The notes beneath the pieces are model-generated. The model did no database searches, was not told where the DNA came from, and was given only the letters and a program-made list of their open reading frames with translations. DNA of 63,331 nt, filler included, from Perkinsus chesapeaki ATCC PRA-425 (lineage: Eukaryota > Protista > Perkinsozoa): the NCBI GenBank assembly GCA_013115145.1. It is 5 parts of 5 records of this genome, joined end to end, with 100 filler letters (N's around TTAATTAATTAA, not from the genome) between each part and the next. Parts side by side here need not be neighbours in the genome. Positions count along the whole stretch, not along the records: positions 35,136 to 45,108 come from JAAPAO010000912.1; positions 45,209 to 61,193 come from JAAPAO010000713.1; 3 more parts are not named here. One strand, given 5' to 3'. Each line of letters begins with the position of its first letter. Within the stretch, counting starts at the first letter, position 1. Below are positions 38,310-51,740 of this stretch, piece by piece. Both the position numbers and the translations under genes were made by a program.

Positions 38310-41300
38310 TTTTGATTAATCTTAGCTACTTAAAGTAGCCTACTTTTGAATTTCGCCTCTTTCGGCTCTATTTTCATGTCACGTCACTCTCATGAAGCTG
38401 AGCACTTACCAAAGGCAAGTTGCCCACAAACGGTGAGCACCAGGTTTCCAAAAGACTTATCGAACTTCGGCCGTAGCGTCCACTACACTGAGGCTGACGG
38501 CTCATAATAATTTCAAAACGTCGTCTCTTTCGTCGCCAACGGAACAGTACACTTCTCACAAAGCACTGCCCAGCTGTCTCGAGCGCCTGCGATTCCACGA
38601 GAAACGCAGACACATCTACAGATGGTTGACAAAGTTCAATTGTGCACGAAACGTAAAAGGATCTCAATTCTCGGTCGCCTTCGCTCGGGAACATCTCGTA
38701 GTTCACCGCTGCATTTCTTCTGGAGATTCTTCACCGGAGAAGAGGCTCGGCATTGTGCGAGACACCGCCTGAGTTTCAATGGAGCGACGGAGGTTCGATT
38801 CCTAGCAGGGTAATTTTACTCTTTCGACAAATGCCGTTGACGTTGGTGCTGCAATCAGACGGCTCTCGAATAATAACCAAATGCGAACAGCTAGATATAC
38901 CATTACAAACTGATACGGCCAATTGAACGCAGCAACAATAACAGTGTCGTCTTACGTCGCCGACGACATGTCGGGCACCAAAGGTCAGCTGACGCCACCA
39001 AATCGGGATCTGATGAGCGTACCTCTCCGTCATTCTCCATGAAAACTCTTGAGTAAATTTCCCGCTATTCGCGTCGATTTACGCGTCTTTCAGCCCACGG
39101 GTCAGGCTCAATTGGGGAGTTCAAGATTTCCACGCACTTTGGTCGCTTTCGCAAAAGGTGATAGATCGTCTGGATGGTAGCAGCGATGGTATTGCCCCAA
39201 TACTAATCACTACAGTGAAGGTAGTAAATCGATAAAAAAGTGAGAAACAACTAAAAAGGAAATATTATTTAGTTTTATTTCCGGAATAACAATGTAGAGT
39301 AATAGCATTAAGCTAGACTGTGAATGGCACACAAGACTAGATTATCTCACCATCACTCCCATCACCATCTTCTAGATCTCTGAATGTATGTTCGAACCAT
39401 TCATACCCACAATGTCGATGCATAATATGCCCACAAGGCAGTTGTAACAACTCTCCCATGACACTCCGTGACGATATACTTGGCAGATTTATCGTATCTA
39501 TGCGACTGTAATGTGCTGTTTGAGAAAGAACCGCTCATCAGAATTGCGAGCTAGTCGTCGAAAATGACAATTGATGACGGTTGATCGATGTTAAGTAATA
39601 ATACATGTTCCGTCGGCCAATTAAACGTCTAAAACCCCGTACGGCGGGAGCTAGCTTAGATTCAGCGATTCACGAGTATGACTGGGACATATATCTGGAT
39701 AATAATGTGCCTATATATTATGTGTTGCGCGTCTGTAGGCCACAATGTGGTTCGGGATTCAACCAGGCAGCACTGCAGCCTCACAGAAATGCGTTCTTTG
39801 GCGATCTCTGGATATTTTGATGGAAAATATGTTCCGAGACCAAAAGGAAACATCGAACGCATTCTTCTTTAGAACTTCCCTACGACTTCCTGGATCCGTG
39901 CGTTGTAGTGGAAATAAATCCTTAGAGAGCCAAGGAGTGGGGGAGAGTATCCGATTGCGAGTGCGAAGGCATTGTGCAAAATGTCTCCCTGATGAAGAGA
40001 AATCGGCCAGATTCCTTATAGGTTCGACAATTACGAATAACCCCCGATTTACAATGACCCAAATTAATTTCACCACGAAATCAACGGATGAAGAACGGAG
40101 CTGTGGGAAGCTTCATCACGAACACGTTTGGGATGCGAAATGACAAGTCGAAGAGGAATTGAATGCTTAACAGTAGACTAAAAACCTATCGCGAACAAAA
40201 TCCGAAAGCATTGTTTATTAAACATATCGCGAAGTGTCCCATTTGAAAACAGAAGTTGCCCAGTAGTTCGGTTCGCACTGTCAGCGACGGAGAAATAACA
40301 CTCACCGTTATCATCGGCCGTTTCATCCTCTCCACTTGAAAAACCACTGGTCGCTATCGAGGTTAGACAGATTGCACAACGAGACTCCGAGTCCAGATCC
40401 GACTGAGGTATCTGATCCCACAATGTTCTTTTGCAGGCCCACTTCGAACAGAATTCTAGGAGAAAGTGCTCTTAAGAAGAGGACTAACATCAGTGTCGTA
40501 CTGTCTGTTGCCCTCCCCTAGTTGGACCCTGCAATACCCCTCTCAACCCGTCAAAGAGTATGGTGCTGTTACGGCAACGTGAGGCATATAGCGAAATTTC
40601 CTCGTCTTCCCCTTGAAAACATACGTCGGCTAAAGCAAGGCCAGAAGGCGAAGCTCGTCATCAATCGTGACAAATTCGGAAACTTATCGCGGCTTAAAAA
40701 GCGCATGACAATACAGATTCAAACAGCACCTCTGCTTCATACGCATACGAACATAACCGAAGCAGATATGTCAGCGGAGGATTAATTCGAGGACGTTAAT
40801 ATAGGACAATTACTGCTCAATCCGATTAAGCAGCAATTAGCTCATGTTAATGGTAGAACAGTGGAGACAATAACTGGGGGTATTGATGAAAAGTTCTATT
40901 GCTTTCTTATTTACATTGAGAAAACGCCAAAAATACTCCTTAAAAATGGTTCAGCAATTACGCATTGCGTAATACGCAAACACTCCAAGTGAGTGACATA
41001 CCTCAATTCTGCGTATTGTAGTTCTGCGAAGTCGATACAGTTTAATTCGTCGCCACATGGGCAGCCAACAACCGTGATGGATCGCTAGGATCTAAGGAGC
41101 TTATCTACTATTAGAATGTCATGCGAAATATTACTAGTGTTATTATTAGTAGAAGAATGAGTACGATGAGTAAGGCGGTTACGAACAACCTGAGCTCGGT
41201 TCGGTTCAAGCAGTGGTAGCGATTTCACTTTGTTAATTCAAGCATGAGTTGTCGAATGTCATCCCGGTTTTTCAAACCGGAGGATGTATGCTGAATCACC

Positions 41301-42547
41301 AGAGGTAAACCGGCGAATAGAGATTCATCTTCGGCTTCCATTTAATGGAAACGCCCTGTTGGACAAGGTACGCAAAGAGATTTACGAGCCACAATCTCCT
41401 TAGGGACAAAGCGCATATATTGGGAACACTACAGACAGCAGCTTTAAGCGAAAGGGAATACAGCTTTTTCGAAGCCGGGCCGTACAATGGTTTAAATTCG
41501 ATATGCAGTCTCCACAGTGTAGATGTAGACGGTATGTATATAGGAGATAAAGCTAAAAGAAGGGGCTGTGACCCACAGTACGCGGGCTCCGAAGACGTTA
41601 TGAATTGAATGAGCTGCTTTTAGTGGCGTGCGCTACACTGGTCAGGCGGAGCGATGCAGCTGCCGTACAAATTGCGTCGCGCTTGCTGCTGCGCGCTGCG
41701 CGGTCCGAAGCACCGGGCGTGCGCCATTAGTCAGCGCAAGATTCTAAAAACGGTGAAACTACTGAAACGGTTGGATACTACTGGACGTCTGTATTTGACT
41801 AGATAAAAACTAGTGGTTGGAGTTGAGAGACTCTAGGTTGTTGGAACTAGATAGTTGGAACTACTAGCGTGTCTAGGAACTAGTTATCTGGTTCTAAGAC
41901 TACTTGGTCTGTTCTCGACTTAGTGATTGCACTAGAGAATTGATACTACTAACACTTGATTAACTATGGTTTTGGGTTAACTAGTTTCGAGATACTAGTA
42001 GTAAGGATTGCTAGGATTCGGTTCTTCCACGGGCCTAGGCGCCAGCGTTCGGCGGCGCTTACTACAGCTCTTTTCCCTTTACCTCTATCACTACTATTAT
42101 ATAGGCGCCCCGCGCCCCGGCCCGCGCATTCTACCGGGATAAGTTGAAGCCTTCAGCCGACACTACTCAAGCACTCAAGCAGCACTACAATGGTGGTTGT
42201 CTTTTGGTCTGAACGGTTACCCCAAGGCCAAGACTGATCATCTTATGTCTTATGGTAACTACTTCGACCTGCAAGGTGACTACAACGACATTGGTTTGCT
42301 GCTGAGTCTGCCCCCCCCTACTAGTCGGCCTGGCTCCTTGTGTGGTTCATGTTGAGTACACTAGCTACGTACTCGACTATGGACCCGACGACAAGGTAGA
42401 CATGATGAAGGGGAAACCTTTCGTGTAGTCTACTACTCCACTACAAGCACTAATAGTGTCTAATCTTAACCGGTGATGGACACTAAGGAGCCAGAGGTTT
42501 CACTATCCACTATATCGCCTTATCTGATCCTATTGTTAAGAGAACGT

Positions 42548-45108
42548 TGCTGACGAGCATGTTCTTGGTGCATTTCACTACTGTGGACTAGACCCTCTGG
42601 AGAGATCGGTTCAAGAGCTCTATCTGCCAGTTGGGGGTAACTCCTCTTCAGAGACTAGTTCATAGCGTGTCAACTACAGAGTAGTATTTAGAAGCTTCAA
42701 ACAACAATGCAGACAACCGGACCCAACTATTTGCTGCTCAACCACTATTCCGGTATCGACATGAAGCTTCGACTGCATTCTACGATATGTAGTTCACCAC
42801 AATATCCCCTACGTGGAAGAACTACACCGCTCGGGTGGTGCTGTATCGTCCAACTTTGGTTTTGGTTCGTCGACTACAGTCTCCATCTAACAGTACCTAC
42901 CTCTCAACAGCGATGTTGTACTGCCAGTTGGGGTCAACTAGCAGTTGTGAGAAGGGTGTTGAGAACCTCTACTACTTGGGAGCACTTGGTCTTTTGTGCT
43001 CGTTCTTGAATTTGACTCCAAGAATGTTGTTGGGCTCCCTGCTCGCCCGGAGGGGGAGGAGACGCTGTACGAGCCCGCTTCGCCCGAGTCCGACTGGCAA
43101 CACTGGACATTAGGGAAAGAGATAAGTACGTACTGACGAGTAAATATGAGAATAGTCAATACTAGCCTCATCAGAGAGCTAGAGGAAGAAGAACATAAAT
43201 AGTGAGAGGAGAAAGACTGCACGTACTATCATTTCTTATAATCACAGAGCATCCGCACGCATGCACCAAACTGGCTGGCAACTCGCACGCACGCGCCAGA
43301 GTGGCTGATGCGCACACGTGCAGACTAGCATCAGCATTCTCCGCCGCCCAAAGCATCGCGCGCTGCGGATCTACGAGCTGCGCGAGCAGCCCGGTCCGCA
43401 GTCTGCTGGGGATCTCTCAAGTCGGCCTGTGGTGGGACAGCCGGTACCGGAGCGCGACGCTTTGTCGCAGGAGGGGGGTCAACAAAGCGCTCGGCCACAT
43501 CCGAGACGTCCACGTCAGAAGCAACAGATAGATTGAACACGTACTGCACCTCGTCGGGCTGGCCTGGCTTAGCGCATTCCGGGCGCAGTCGAGCTATCTG
43601 AGCGCGCAGCTCCATAACCTTGTACAGCTTCGAGGACCAAGACATAGCCAGTTTTGTCGATGGGCGATGGACCCGGACGATGTCACCTACTTCAATATGC
43701 TTACCTTCTGGTTGGCGGTTACGCCTAGAGGCATCAAGATTGTCAAGCAGTCGCAGCCTATGGATATCCCACGATCTCAAGTACTCCTTGAACAAGTCGG
43801 CGGCCTCCGCACGACGAGCCTGTCGGCGACTGATAGACGTCTTGGACGGCTCTACATAATGGCGAGCCAAGTAAGCTTTCAACTCGTCCGAAGTCTCATC
43901 GGTCGGTCTCCACATAGGCGGTGGGGAAGAACCACAAAGTCGAACCAGGTCACAAGGCGTGTACCTCTCGCCGTCCACACTGGCCAGTGGTAGCGTTGCA
44001 TTATTGCAAACCCAAACAGCTTGGGGTAGGAATCGGCTCCAGTCCGCTTCATCCGCTCCTTCTGCTGCAATGAGCTGACGGAGAGCCAGGTGTAACAAAT
44101 GATGGCCAGACTCCCACCAAGCGCGTATACACCCATAAGGAGGGTGCGGCACGCGCACTATTCCATACTTTTGGCATACGGCCTTCACCTCGCCCTTGCA
44201 CAGCACCACATCTGCGTCTGTAGCCAACGCTCTCGGGAATCCATATTCCCAGAATAGCTGCTCCAGCACTCTACTTACATCTTTCCCACTCTTAGAGGGG
44301 AGTTCCCGGGCGACCATATAACGAGTTACTGACTCTGTCAGTATGAGAGAATAGGGTGCGACCGGAATGGCAGTGGTAGATGTCGTGCCTACATAAGGAC
44401 CACCTATATCTACGGCCAACAACTCCCACAACTGGAAGGAACGTATCTGAGTCCCGTAGGACGGCGGCTCAGCACGTTGTCGTCTACTGATGATGCAGAC
44501 CCTGCAAGTGGTAGTCCATTGCCGAATGTCCCGTACCATCTTAGGCCAGTATAGATGGTAGGTCTGCAGGATAATGCCGTAGAGCTTATTGGAACCAGGA
44601 TGAGCATACAGGTCATGCAGCATGCTGAAAATGGTTGGCCTAGATGCGACCGGAACATAATACTGGCTGCCACAGACAGCGTGTGACCTGCAAATATTCC
44701 CCTGCGAGTCCAACACATACGTTCGGCGCAACCTTTGCACCTCGGTAGTGGACAACTCCACAGGTTCGTGTGCCAAGGCCCTGCGTATCTGCTGACAAAA
44801 GGGGTCCGAAGACTGAGCCGCCAACACCTGCTCCACCAGACTGACAACTTGAGGTTCATCCGCCACACTAGCTTCAGCTTCACGAAGGGACGCCACAGTA
44901 TCCTCTGACAACTGATAGGTTTCAATATCATCTCCCTTGTCAGCGTCGACGCGAGTCAACCTCTCCCGCATCACTTCGAAGCTGTTTGCGTAGTGTAAGA
45001 GGGTCTCCTTGTACTGCTCGAAGTCGTACGAGTTTGGAGATATGGCCCGCGAAGCACAGTCAGCCGGGTTAGCGGAGCCCCGCACGTGCCCCAGAACCAC
45101 GGGGGCGG
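42548..45108 (-). mobile_element. Ty3/Gypsy-like LTR retrotransposon, 3' part (truncated by contig end) with candidate 3' LTR 42548-43336
   Basis: pol ORF below; purine tract GGGCGGCGGAGAA (43337-43349, minus) directly before TGCTGA; matching TGCTGA...TCAGCA termini at 42548 and 43336 (LTR distal boundary tentative). Confidence 0.8.
43331..45108 (-). CDS. pol: Retrotransposon pol C-terminus: RNase H end, H2C2 zinc finger, rve integrase
   Basis: HVRGSANPADCASR; HDLYAHPG...YWPKMVRDIRQWTTTCRVC; LLAVDIGGP, LATDAD, WWESGH (DDE triad); GDIVRV...KLAMSWSSKLYKV (GPY/F-like). Confidence 0.92.
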
Positions 45109-45208
45109 NNNNNNNNNNNNNNNNNNNNNNNNNNNNNNNNNNNNNNNNNNNNTTAATTAATTAANNNNNNNNNNNNNNNNNNNNNNNNNNNNNNNNNNNN
45201 NNNNNNNN
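45109..45208. other. Assembly linker
   Basis: 100-bp N run with TTAATTAATTAA. Confidence 0.98.
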
Positions 45209-47096
45209 AGAGGAATGTAAATGTCATTATTTTTCTCTCCCTTCTCCATTCGGTTGAATGGTTTACGGACCGTAAAAAAAAAAAAAAATAGTTATAGTGG
45301 TTTTGAAAAATGCCCAACATATTTGTACATCAGATGCCTAGTTCACACATTCAATATGTCTCGTTACCAGCTTGACTGATATATGCGATACATATATGCT
45401 CCTTTGCCGTCATAGTAGTGGGAGGCAAACTCATCACAGAGGCTTGTGCTCATGTGGCTCTGAGACAAAGGTTCATCTGGATCAAGAAGTTATACTTAGC
45501 TATGACTGAAAGTGCCTTCAAATGCATTAAGGCCATTGGTAGTTTCGTTTGCTTTCCGGGAAGGGATGGGTTTCCTTTAATGTGACACCATTATTGTTGT
45601 CGAGGGCAGGGCATGTATTATGATCCTACGGTCCTACTGCCGCCCTGAGTCTGTAACAGCGCAGCCACCATCGTATGTGGCTACCATCGTATGTGGCCAA
45701 CTTCCATCCATTTTCTGGTTGCTAACAATCATCCTTCTAGACGGTGTCTAAGACGGGTCATCTAGAAGCGAGGTCGGCGATAACTAGAACATCGAGTACC
45801 GGACGATTTGAGACTCACATATTCGAGACCCGTGCTTTACCGCAAGCAGTAAGAGTTGATAATAAAATTCTACCTGCACGTGTGCGCATGGACTACCTCA
45901 GCGATGGGAGAGAGAGCTCGAAATCACGGAACCGCCGATCAGCGAGGTAGATCTGATGCAATCTTGTTAAGCTGCTTCGAATGGAGAGAGTATGGGCGGG
46001 TCAAGAAAGACAATACCAGAGCTCGGCTGATTCAGCGACCCCATTTGATCGTAGAATCCCGTGACATCCATAATGCGCAGGCGTGCGTGACCGAGAGGCG
46101 GACTTGTCGGGATTTTACTTCAATGCACTTCGTGTATCTCGTAGTAAATATCATGATTTAGTATGATTAATCGAAATCTTGAACTGTAGTGTCCCAGCCA
46201 GACCGTGTTCACCCATTCAGGCACCTCGCTGGAGGATCGAACGGTCGAATCCAACGGATAGCTCGACTTCTTGTCAGGGTCTTTAATGAAAAATGTGCCA
46301 TCAGTGATAACTAGTAGCAACTTGCTACTAGCAAGCTCCTGTTCCAAGGGGTGCTCAGGAATACCTCAGACCGCAACACAAGGAATAGGCCCACGACACG
46401 ACAGCAGCACAATGCCACGTACAGTTACCTACATGCCATGGTGCGCAAGACAACTACAGTTGTCCCAGTGTCCCATGCGCATAGCCTCAATGGGTGGAGC
46501 TGCCCCACCCTACCTCATCATAGATGACAGCATGCACGCGGATTTCGAGCCCAGAGGTGAGGAGGCTCATAATAGGAGCTATTCGTTATTCATAATATTC
46601 GTAGTTTACCGGCACACTCATTGTGGACAGGTTCTTTGAACTTCCCTATCTTCTTGTGCGGCGATGCTCCACTTTGGTTCATCGAAGCATATCTCACATG
46701 CGATTTGAGGGTAACACAATAATGCTTCGCTACAACTCCTTGATATACAGGAAGTATGGTAGGATACCATGCTAACTCTCATCAGCAAATGACACAAAAT
46801 GTGACAAAAATTAGTGCGCGTGTGATCGAGAGAAGCGATGATTGCACAACGCTCAAGACGAGAACTCGAAAACATGATTTCCGCAAGCTTCCTTTCTCTC
46901 CACAGGAGAGGAATGCCGTGCAGATACTGGAATGTCTGCACGTCATTAACATGTGGGAACGACAGAACACTCCTCCCAATGGATCTAATAGGTGACGTGG
47001 CTAAACTCCGATGGAATGGCTAATGCGCATGCGTGCGACTAGGCAGCTGAAGTGTTCCCATTTCGCTTTGAACAAATCGCGTACCGAGCAAATATC

Positions 47097-47880
47097 ATGC
47101 CGCTGTCCATAGCCTTCACCGTATTAGTTGGTTGCTGTATCCAGGCTGAACTCTTTCCAGTGGTGGCTGAGATGTAAGAGACAACGCATGTGAAGCATTA
47201 TCTGTTAGTCTACATGAGTGAAGTGGCTCCTCGCAGATACGCGGTCTCTTTCGCAGAGGGAAGTGTCACGAATGCCTCCTCCTATGAACCACTTGATACT
47301 CAAAGTGCTCCTTATGGTGAACCAACTGGTTGTGTCTATGACGGGAAATACATTAGGAATTGTTATTGTCCAGATGATGAATACCCATATGTTGGCCTTG
47401 TATGTAGTGCTATCATTTCGAAGTATTTAACTACCATTTCAGATCGATGGTAGAATTGGTGCTGGGATGTGCCTACCTAAATGTAACGGTGTTCAGTGCC
47501 CTGCATACCCGTCATACTATTGGCCGCGTGAGTGCATGAACGGACTTTGCTTCGTGCCATGTGTATTGGTGAGTCGGGCAGCTGCAAGATCCTTCTTTAT
47601 TCTTATAACAAAATGAGTTCGATCCCCCACTCTTCTGATACTGCTATCATTTAGTGCGCCTCGGCCGCTGAGGCACACTTAAGGATAGCAGTATGACTGC
47701 AGTTGTTGGCTGAGGTTCAGCCAACAACAGACGCTGCCCCTATTTAATAATCGAGATATTGAAGTTGCGGTAATATCCTTCTCTAACATCTCTCCTCTTC
47801 AGACTCTCGCGCCATGCCCTGACCATACTAAATGTTACAATGCCGGACTCACATATGATGTTTGCCTCCATCCGATGTGA
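47097..47880 (+). CDS. Small secreted Cys-rich protein, family copy 1
   Basis: MPLSIAFTVLVGCCIQA signal; PYGEPTGCVYDGKYIRNCYCP; GAGMCLPKCNGVQCPAYPSYYWPRECMNGLCFVPC; PCPDHTKCYNAGLTYDVCLHPM*. Confidence 0.8.
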
Positions 47881-49061
47881 AGACATGGTACCATATACAT
47901 ACGGTTGAATCATCCAGGTTGATAGTACGATTGATCAACCTGATACCTTCTACCCGTCCCGTTAATAGTAATTATCTAGGTCTTGCAGCCCCATGCTGCC
48001 ATTCAATATCACTTCTTGACCTCAACGAGTAGTGTTAGTCAGATCAATTCGAGCGCAAGTCTCCGGTATGCTTTACGTTGTTGAAATCAGTGATCTCCAC
48101 AGTCGAGGTGACTCGCCCTTTCAATCAAAGAGTCATTGAGAAACATCAGACATTCCAAAACGACTGCATTCGGTATCCTGTGAGCTAGGAATACATTTTG
48201 CAGAAGACGTTCTGACATAACTCCGCTCGAACAACACTTCGTGAAGCTCATCACCTCACATTTCCGTGAGGGTAGATGAACCTTTGCCCCAAGCGCATGC
48301 GATGAAGTAGTTCCTTCCTCTGTGAATGACGGTACTTCATCTCCTCGGAGGCTCTGACAAGGAATCGATTGTCGATCTACGGTTCGATATCAACCGATAT
48401 TGATGATCATGAATAAATGTTATTGATTGATAACCGATATCAACCTCCAAGCTAGAACGCGACCCAAGAATTTTATTTCGTAAGAGATTCGTGATGCGTT
48501 GATCACTGGTTAACAACCCTTGTTGATGAGAGTTTTAAATCTTTCGGTCGAAGCACCTCTGAGTCGTCAGGGGTATCAAGTCGTGGTAATCACTACCATG
48601 AGCATTGACACAACACAACTTGCGGTCAACCATCTTGACTTCGGGAAAATATTTTGGGAGTGAATACAAAATTGAAAGAATACGTTCTATAAGTTTACAG
48701 TGAGGACGGTAGGCTCGACGTTGAAGCTACAAAGATCGAGCCACTTGTTGACTGACCCTACTCGGGAGTACAACCTCTCACAGGAGAACTACCATGTCGT
48801 ATCTCCTCTTATATAAATTAAGTCCTCATCAAAAAAAGTACAAACGACTTCAAGACGCTCACAAGAAAAGCTATAACAGAGTTATGACAGAGTAGCTGTT
48901 CGGATAAGCACGACAATTCGTGCACCCGAATTTAGAGGGCGGTGTAATAGCGGAAGATATCGCAGTGACGGTCGTAGAGAAGTGTTGTAGTTGACGAGAA
49001 GTGTTGCACTGTGCGCGCTGCGCGAATCAGAAGCAACAAAGATGGGTATGCTTCGCATTTG

Positions 49062-49797
49062 TTATGGCAAAGATTTATTTCCGCTCCCATTGTCATACTC
49101 GAAGTTCAAACGATAGAGGCAAAGGCTGCCGTACGCACCACCCACGTAGTAACATGTTGTCCCAAGAGTGCATGGCTAAAGGAAAAAGTTAGTCGACTAT
49201 ATTATGGAGTAATGAACGACACTTACATCTTTGCATACCACGAAGCAGTAGTCTCCAATGCATGCTGTAGGCTCACCGCTATTCGGAAACGGTGGGCACC
49301 CTTTCAGCATACAACTCGGAAGACACATTCCAGCTCCAACCTGACCTTGGATCTGAAATAATCATCGAGGGAAGTGTGAATTGCTATAGTGAGATTCCTA
49401 CAGTGCCAACAAATGGTGATTGACCATCAGGACATTTACAATCCAGAAGATGCCCTTCATCATCGTAATGGCAATGTCCAACTGGCCTACCATAAGGTGG
49501 TTCATCATCAGCAATATCTACTTCATTTATAGTATAATTTTTGTCTACAACCATCTCAAATCCATCTAGAACAATAACTTTCTCATTGATAACAATATCT
49601 ATGGAGGTATAAGAGGTATTTGACTCCACGAGGTATCTGCAAACATACCGTCAAAGCCGAGTGACAAATAGGCGAGGGCTGTCGACTCAACACTGTTGAG
49701 TCGCAGCAATCGCACCTTACGTGTTATCAAGTACGACGTCCGGCTGAGCCTTGACATATAAGGGGAAGAATAAGGCGAATCTAGCGGAGCGCAACAT
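49062..49797 (-). CDS. Small secreted Cys-rich protein, family copy 2
   Basis: MLRSARFALFFPLYVKA signal; PYGRPVGHCHYDDEGHLLDCKCP; GAGMCLPSCMLKGCPPFPNSGEPTACIGDYCFVVC; PCTLGTTCYYVGGAYGSLCLYR. Confidence 0.8.
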
Positions 49798-51740
49798 GGT
49801 TGGAGAATTAACTTACAGAGCTCGTTATACTCTGAGATCCAGTACGTACGGAAGTAGAATATACATGACATAGTCAACCCGGACATATAGAACTCGAGAG
49901 GCTGATGTAAATATGGAGAGTGAGTGCACAAAGTTTTCGGTGCGCCCAATGGAGGCTGCGTTATGGAGCGCATGAAGTTCGCAGTGGAGAATCCAAGTGG
50001 AGACATTGAAGTCGCTGGCCTAGGTCTGGATGTAAATTACTGAGGTTTTGCGCAATGAAGTGCCCAAAAATCAAGAGGCTGCCTTCCACGAAGAAATGTG
50101 TCGTAATTCCGTAAGCATGGAGAGCAACCTGTCTTCTGGTGAGACAGGACAGAGCTTGTCCCCCGGAAAACTGGATTCGTGCGAGTTTGAAATTTAGAGG
50201 TCGGGCCCCAAGAAGCCATCTACCGTACTGTGAATTATTGGGCACGGGTAGACAACTTGGTCCGATTTCCGGGCCTCGACGGTTTATAGGTGCTAGACAA
50301 CGATATGTAATGACAGTAGAATGCCTCGTGGATCCGTGTCACTGGAATTGTCCCACTATAGCGCAGGCACCTTCTTAGATGTTCAGTGATGGTATACCAA
50401 CAGACAGCCTAGGCAATAATAACCTGGCAATTACCTCTACTAGTCTATAATCATTGACCTTAGACTAGGTCACTCCATTAAGCCTGCTCGGCACAGCTCC
50501 AGTGGCTGCTTATTCCTGGAAATGTCTGGTTTATCTTACTGCGGTTTTACTTTGAGCGAAGGCTGTTCAAAATCACGTCAGAAACATCCATCTAAAGCAC
50601 AAGGGCCGACCGATCAAAGTCGCTTCCCCTGCAACCGTACGTGGAGGTCACCTTGGCCAGAGACTCCCGCAATGCGGGAGCCGCATGTCGCCGATAAGTC
50701 GCCGTCAATCTTCCCCACCTTTGCTCATCATTCATGACCAGGGATCGCGGCCACGCGCGTGGTTACGGTTACCTCAGTATCGATATAACCGAGTGTTATA
50801 CCTGATGTAAGATGCGGTGCACAGATGCTGCCTTATGTGAGCCTCACATTGTGAGGTAAGGTTTATCGGCATAAGGGCCACCTCAGGTGCCCCTGCTTGA
50901 GGTGCCTAAATCATGTAGGCTGCATATAAGAACACCGTAGAGGCAGCCATAATGTATATCACGAGTAAATCATCTGCCGTGAAGGTGGTAAGGTAGCAGT
51001 GATTGCCTCGAGTAGTGGCCTCCAACTTCCTCAACTTGAATCAATACCGCGTGACACAGCAAACTGTCTACATGATTGCACGCGGGCAACCAAGTTGTCG
51101 ATGTCCGTAGCGTAAAGTTGCACACAGAGAAGTTCAGCGAAGACATTGAGGGAGTTTCTTCAACACACCAGCAAGTTCCAGCGTATGGTAGGCGTAACCA
51201 TCCGTTGCGCTAGTGCTCTCGTTGTCAATATGTCCAAAGTAACCGCCTGCCACTACTCTTGGTGCCAACTACGTTGTACTTTCCTGAGCCGCTGCATTTT
51301 CCATTCATTTCCCTTTGAGTCGAAGTACATACAGGATGCACACTACGCTGCACATTAATAGATTATATGGCTATGTGTATCTGTGCGGATTATTCAGACA
51401 CCTATAAGTTATCGGAAGTGCACCGAGCTATAGTAGACAGGTCAACTAAGCGAGCTGGTTCAGAATTTATGAATCATATCCAGTGATTCTTGAACGTACA
51501 AGGGAGAAACAGATGCAACTCACGTACAGCAGTGTATCTTCCAGGCTTCCGACGTGACTTGGTGATTCGCGGTCCATGAACATGCACGGAGCACAACAAG
51601 GGCCAACAATCTACTCCTAGTACTAGGCCTATCCTCGTGGTCACGCATCACCACGTCACGCACGTGCTCATAACACGGTTGCCTTCATGCTGGCCAGGAA
51701 TGGCTGACCTGTTCAGGACTCCCGACTCTCATATCTTCGA

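Noticed and set aside
38374-40800. Minus-strand fragments with CPTC and CAIC (possible zinc-finger genes)
   Set aside because: Isolated CxxC pairs without a complete finger or dependable gene model.
45900-46950. Minus-strand exon-like ORFs upstream of the Cys-rich cluster
   Set aside because: Probably a gene, but no identifiable domain or boundaries.
49683-49703. 10-bp hairpin CGACTCAACA-c-TGTTGAGTCG in Cys-rich copy 2 intron
   Set aside because: Short enough to be incidental and not shared with paralogs.
50900-51330. Minus-strand FTADDLLVI and YATDID strings suggesting a decayed reverse transcriptase
   Set aside because: No other RT motifs in register; chance match plausible.
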